Source of the DNA: a virus
Length of the DNA: 64,000 bases
Strand: one strand, 5' to 3'
IMG/VR virus record: IMGVR_UViG_3300031227_000001
Span: 3,357 to 67,356 of that record
In this document: positions 60,686 to 64,000 of the stretch, in pieces
How positions within the stretch are numbered: the first letter of the stretch is position 1
How the letters are laid out: the number at the start of each line of letters is the position of its first letter
The notes under the pieces: generated by a model
The model's database searches: none
What the model saw: the letters and a program-made list of their open reading frames with translations, nothing else
What the model was told of the DNA's origin: nothing
Translations under genes and position numbers: made by a program

Positions 60686-63600
60686 TGGAAAAAATCGGCC
60701 TCGCAGCCGTAATGAATATGAGCAATTTTGACAAGGGCCAGAAGAAGTATAACTCTGGACTTGGCAAAATGACGGCAGCCACAAATACTACCGCGCAAAA
60801 GACAACATCTGCCCTCAAGATGATTGGCTCTGTAATGATAGGTACGCTTGGCGCACAGGCCATGCGAGCCGCTGTTGCGGGCGTCAAAGAGATGGTTGGC
60901 ATGGCAACCAGCATACCGCCGATCTCGGCGGCCTTCCGTAATCTCGGCGGTTCGATAGAAGAGATGCGCAAGGGATCGATGGGCATGATTGCCGACGTCG
61001 ATCTCATGAAGTCATTCAACACCGCCGCCTCCCTCGTATCAGAAGACTTTGCCAAAAAGCTCCCCGAAGCGATGGGCTACCTCGCCAAAGTCAGCGCCTC
61101 CACGGGCGAGTCCATGACCTACATGATGGACAGCATTGTAAAGGGCGTTGGCCGCATGTCCCCGATGATCCTCGATAACCTCGGAATCCAGGTAGATATG
61201 ACAGCGGCGAATAAAGAGTATGCGGCCGTGCTTGGCATCACCGTAAAAGAGATGTCCAAGACGCAAAAGCAAACCGCCTTAATGAACCAGGTTATGGAAA
61301 AGCTGGCCTTCAACACCGCTAAAATGCCGGACGTTGCAGGCACGGCGGCGCAGCAAATGGCGAACTTTGGCGTGACCATGGAAAACATCAAGGCCATTGT
61401 AGGGCAGGCGCTTTTGCCTGTGTTGCAGCAATTCATGGACATCCTAACCCCGCTAGCCGAGCAGATGCGCGATGTTGCACAAAGTACAGAATTCCAAGAC
61501 ACGATGCAAAAGATCGGCGATAGCATTGCCTGGGTTATCGATCACGTTAGCAACTTTAGCGACGGCACGGTAGAGATGATCGAAAAGGTGGGTTTGGTTG
61601 TGGGGGCTGTTGGTGCTTTGGGCGTTGCCTTTACGCTTCTATCCGGCCCCATGGGGCCTATCATTTTGATCAGCACGGCTATTCTAGGACTGATTGAGCT
61701 ATACGACCAGCTTGAGAAAAAGCAAGAAAAGATCAGTAAGCAGATTCGAGCATCTACACCCGCCCTTGTTAAGGCAGCTAGTAGCTATGAAGAATATAAG
61801 CGTGCGGCTGTAGATGCTACCGTTGGTATAGAGGGCTTTGCGGCTGGAACGCGCAAGGGCCAAGAGCACATGGAGCGCATGGTCAAGGAGGGCCTAATCG
61901 TCAGCCAAGTGGAATTTAATCGTTTGCGCGGCGATGTTGAGACTACCACTATGTCAATGTCTGACAACGCAGAGATGCAAGCGCGACTGGCAAAGGAATC
62001 CAAGTTTGGCCTAGAGCCAGCGATACAAGCCACTGCCGAAAGCTTTGTAGAAGCAACAGCGCAGCTTGAAGAATACCAGCACGAGAGCGAGATGTTGCCC
62101 GCATCCGTTGTAGGGGTCATCGATTCGATGGTAGCTGTCCAGGAAAGCATCCAGGCGGCGCTATCATCTGAGAAGGTCACGGCGCAGCTAATCAAGATTC
62201 AGCAGGCCGTTGGCAAGCAGGAACAGGTCATGCTTGCCATGCAGACCAAGTACGATGCCGATGTTGCCAAGAAGCAATTCGAGCATGACCGCAAGATGCT
62301 CATAGCCAGGCAGAAATACGATCAGGAATATGCGCGCCTAATTGCCGGTGGAAACACGGAAGAAGCCAACAAGCTAACGGCGCAATTCAACCGCACCAAG
62401 ACAATCAGTCAACGCGAATATGCGGCGGCACAGCAGCTACAAAAGATAGACTTGGTACGCAAGCAAATCCAACGGGTACGCGCCAATATCATTGAGCTAC
62501 AGGGGATGCGCGACCAGACCTTGCGCGTAATGCAGGAACAAGTCAAAGCAGAGACGGCCAAGGGCAAGCAGCTAACGTTAGATCAAATCAAGACCCTGCG
62601 ACTGATTGCGCAGGCCGGTTCTGATCAACTACAAAAAGAGACCGAATTTTACATAGAGCGCGCGCAGAAACTTGTCGATTTTGGCAAAGGCCAAATTCGC
62701 ACCGCGCAAACTATCGCGGAGGGTATTGCCAGCGTTACTGACGAGGAGGGCGCAGCCGAGGTAGCAATAGGTATACTTGGCGAACAGCTTCAAGCATTAC
62801 AAACCGAGCTCAATGCCATGCCGCCCATGACCCTGCCACCGATAGATTTGCCAGACGTACCCTCGGCTACCGATATAGGCGCGGTAACAGAACCGGCAAC
62901 CACGGCTATGAGCCAAGTCGTCAACGATATTGCGCAGGCCGTTACGGCAGCCAAGCAAGCCATTGCCGATCTCGTGGAGTTTGATCTGCCAGTAGGCGTA
63001 GAGAAGGGCCTGGAGCACGTAGCCGAATTTATCGTTATGGCAGTAGAGGGCTTTTATGCTATCCATGACGCCATAGCGCCGAAGGTCAAGGGACTTGCGG
63101 TCGTTATGGGGCCGGTCAAGCAACTGATGGAAGTCGTTACAGCGTCGGTAAAGGCTCTGAGCAGCTTTGGCGCAGACGCGATTACAATACCAGATATGAA
63201 GCGCTGGGCCGACCAACTGCGCGCTGTGCTTGGTGCAATAACCTCTGTGATTCTGGATGTAAGAGATAGCGTCGGGCGATGGGAGCTGGTAGGTGCAGGG
63301 AACATAGCAGACAAGATAAGCAAAATTGTAAGCGTTGTCAAGGCGGGCGTAGATGCTCTGGCGGCACTAGCAACGTTCAGCCCTCATGCGACATATCCCA
63401 TGGAGGCGTTCGTTCTTGCCCTTGGCAGACTGGCAGACCAACTACGCAACCTGGACGTTGATCCTGAGGCGGGGTTTGACGATATACAGAACTTCTGGGC
63501 GAACGTTGCCGACCTAATTAGGGTAGTCAAGCCAGGGATAGACGCACTTACAGCATTGGCCGCATTTGAGCCCGGAATCTCATTGTATGGCGAGGAGTTT

Positions 63601-64000
63601 GTAACAGCGCTTAGAGACTTGTCAAGCGAGCTAAAGAATTTGCCCGACCTGGACACAGAGGACGAATTCAAGGACATACGCGCATTCTGGGATAACGTTG
63701 CCGACCTGGTGGCCGTAGTTGCGCCAGGCGTGGCGGCACTTGCATCGCTAGCAGGATTCGAGCCAGGCATATCCCTGAACGGCGAGGATTTTGTCAATGC
63801 GCTAAGGCAGCTCTCGGACGATCTAAAGAGTGTACCAGATATTGACTTCGAGAATGAGTTTGTAGACATAAGAGCGTTCTGGGATCGTGTCAAAGACCTA
63901 ATCGGTATTGTCAAGCCAGGAGTAGACGCACTTGTGGCGCTAAGTCAATTTAGCTCTAAAATGACCTTCTCGGGTAAGGCATTTGCGGATGCGCTTGTCA
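60685..64000 (+). CDS. Tape measure protein (3' truncated by window)
   Basis: GTG start, >1100 codon open frame, Ala/Gln-rich helical; GR.SPMILDNLGI motif; ~50 aa repeats near end. Confidence 0.88.
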   Translation, partial: MEKIGLAAVMNMSNFDKGQKKYNSGLGKMTAATNTTAQKTTSALKMIGSVMIGTLGAQAMRAAVAGVKEMVGMATSIPPISAAFRNLGGSIEEMRKGSMGMIADVDLMKSFNTAASLVSEDFAKKLPEAMGYLAKVSASTGESMTYMMDSIVKGVGRMSPMILDNLGIQVDMTAANKEYAAVLGITVKEMSKTQKQTALMNQVMEKLAFNTAKMPDVAGTAAQQMANFGVTMENIKAIVGQALLPVLQQFMDILTPLAEQMRDVAQSTEFQDTMQKIGDSIAWVIDHVSNFSDGTVEMIEKVGLVVGAVGALGVAFTLLSGPMGPIILISTAILGLIELYDQLEKKQEKISKQIRASTPALVKAASSYEEYKRAAVDATVGIEGFAAGTRKGQEHMERMVKEGLIVSQVEFNRLRGDVETTTMSMSDNAEMQARLAKESKFGLEPAIQATAESFVEATAQLEEYQHESEMLPASVVGVIDSMVAVQESIQAALSSEKVTAQLIKIQQAVGKQEQVMLAMQTKYDADVAKKQFEHDRKMLIARQKYDQEYARLIAGGNTEEANKLTAQFNRTKTISQREYAAAQQLQKIDLVRKQIQRVRANIIELQGMRDQTLRVMQEQVKAETAKGKQLTLDQIKTLRLIAQAGSDQLQKETEFYIERAQKLVDFGKGQIRTAQTIAEGIASVTDEEGAAEVAIGILGEQLQALQTELNAMPPMTLPPIDLPDVPSATDIGAVTEPATTAMSQVVNDIAQAVTAAKQAIADLVEFDLPVGVEKGLEHVAEFIVMAVEGFYAIHDAIAPKVKGLAVVMGPVKQLMEVVTASVKALSSFGADAITIPDMKRWADQLRAVLGAITSVILDVRDSVGRWELVGAGNIADKISKIVSVVKAGVDALAALATFSPHATYPMEAFVLALGRLADQLRNLDVDPEAGFDDIQNFWANVADLIRVVKPGIDALTALAAFEPGISLYGEEFVTALRDLSSELKNLPDLDTEDEFKDIRAFWDNVADLVAVVAPGVAALASLAGFEPGISLNGEDFVNALRQLSDDLKSVPDIDFENEFVDIRAFWDRVKDLIGIVKPGVDALVALSQFSSKMTFSGKAFADALV

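Larger units (their letters stand above)
1..64000 (+). mobile_element. Tailed dsDNA bacteriophage genome (partial, permuted: starts in distal tail genes, ends in tape measure gene)
   Basis: Terminase, portal, capsid, tail tube, tail chaperone and tape measure genes in canonical order; dense single-strand gene packing; no host housekeeping genes. Confidence 0.95.

Noticed and set aside
1-64000. Stop-codon recoding or a lysogeny module
   Set aside because: Genes are intact under code 11 with all three stops used; no integrase or divergent repressor is visible in the window

Overview
This window is most of a tailed (siphovirus-like) dsDNA phage genome, with essentially all credible genes on the + strand. 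Gene order: distal tail/virion genes and a lysis-like block (1-9 kb); small early genes behind repeated sigma70 promoters (9-22 kb); recombination, DNA modification and replication genes (Rad52-like, SSB, SNF2-like helicase, 3 methyltransferases, initiator and loader); an RNA-rich region with tRNA-Thr (33-36 kb); then terminase, portal, head and tail genes, with the tape measure gene running off the end. No integrase is seen. A Chloroflexota-like host is a guess from protein style only. The top finding is at 33060-34514: a stand-alone Cas7/RAMP-like gene followed by three non-coding tracts of 5-nt GGY-NN units separated by a conserved T-loop hairpin, then an HNH gene. Read as codon positions 1+2, the NN dinucleotides of tract 2 spell L-D-I-R-G-H/Q-G-G-Y-L-V-A-P, matching the conserved Prim-Pol motif. 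This suggests an RNA-guided system with a gapped, wobble-skipping target code aimed at competing mobile elements. Other notable signals are an LmbU-like regulator with 9 dispersed GTAACGCCGGCGTGAC sites, four sequence-unrelated promoter leaders sharing an A-B-A'-B' pairing architecture, and several tRNA-like RNAs. All calls are by eye; no database searches or folding programs were run.
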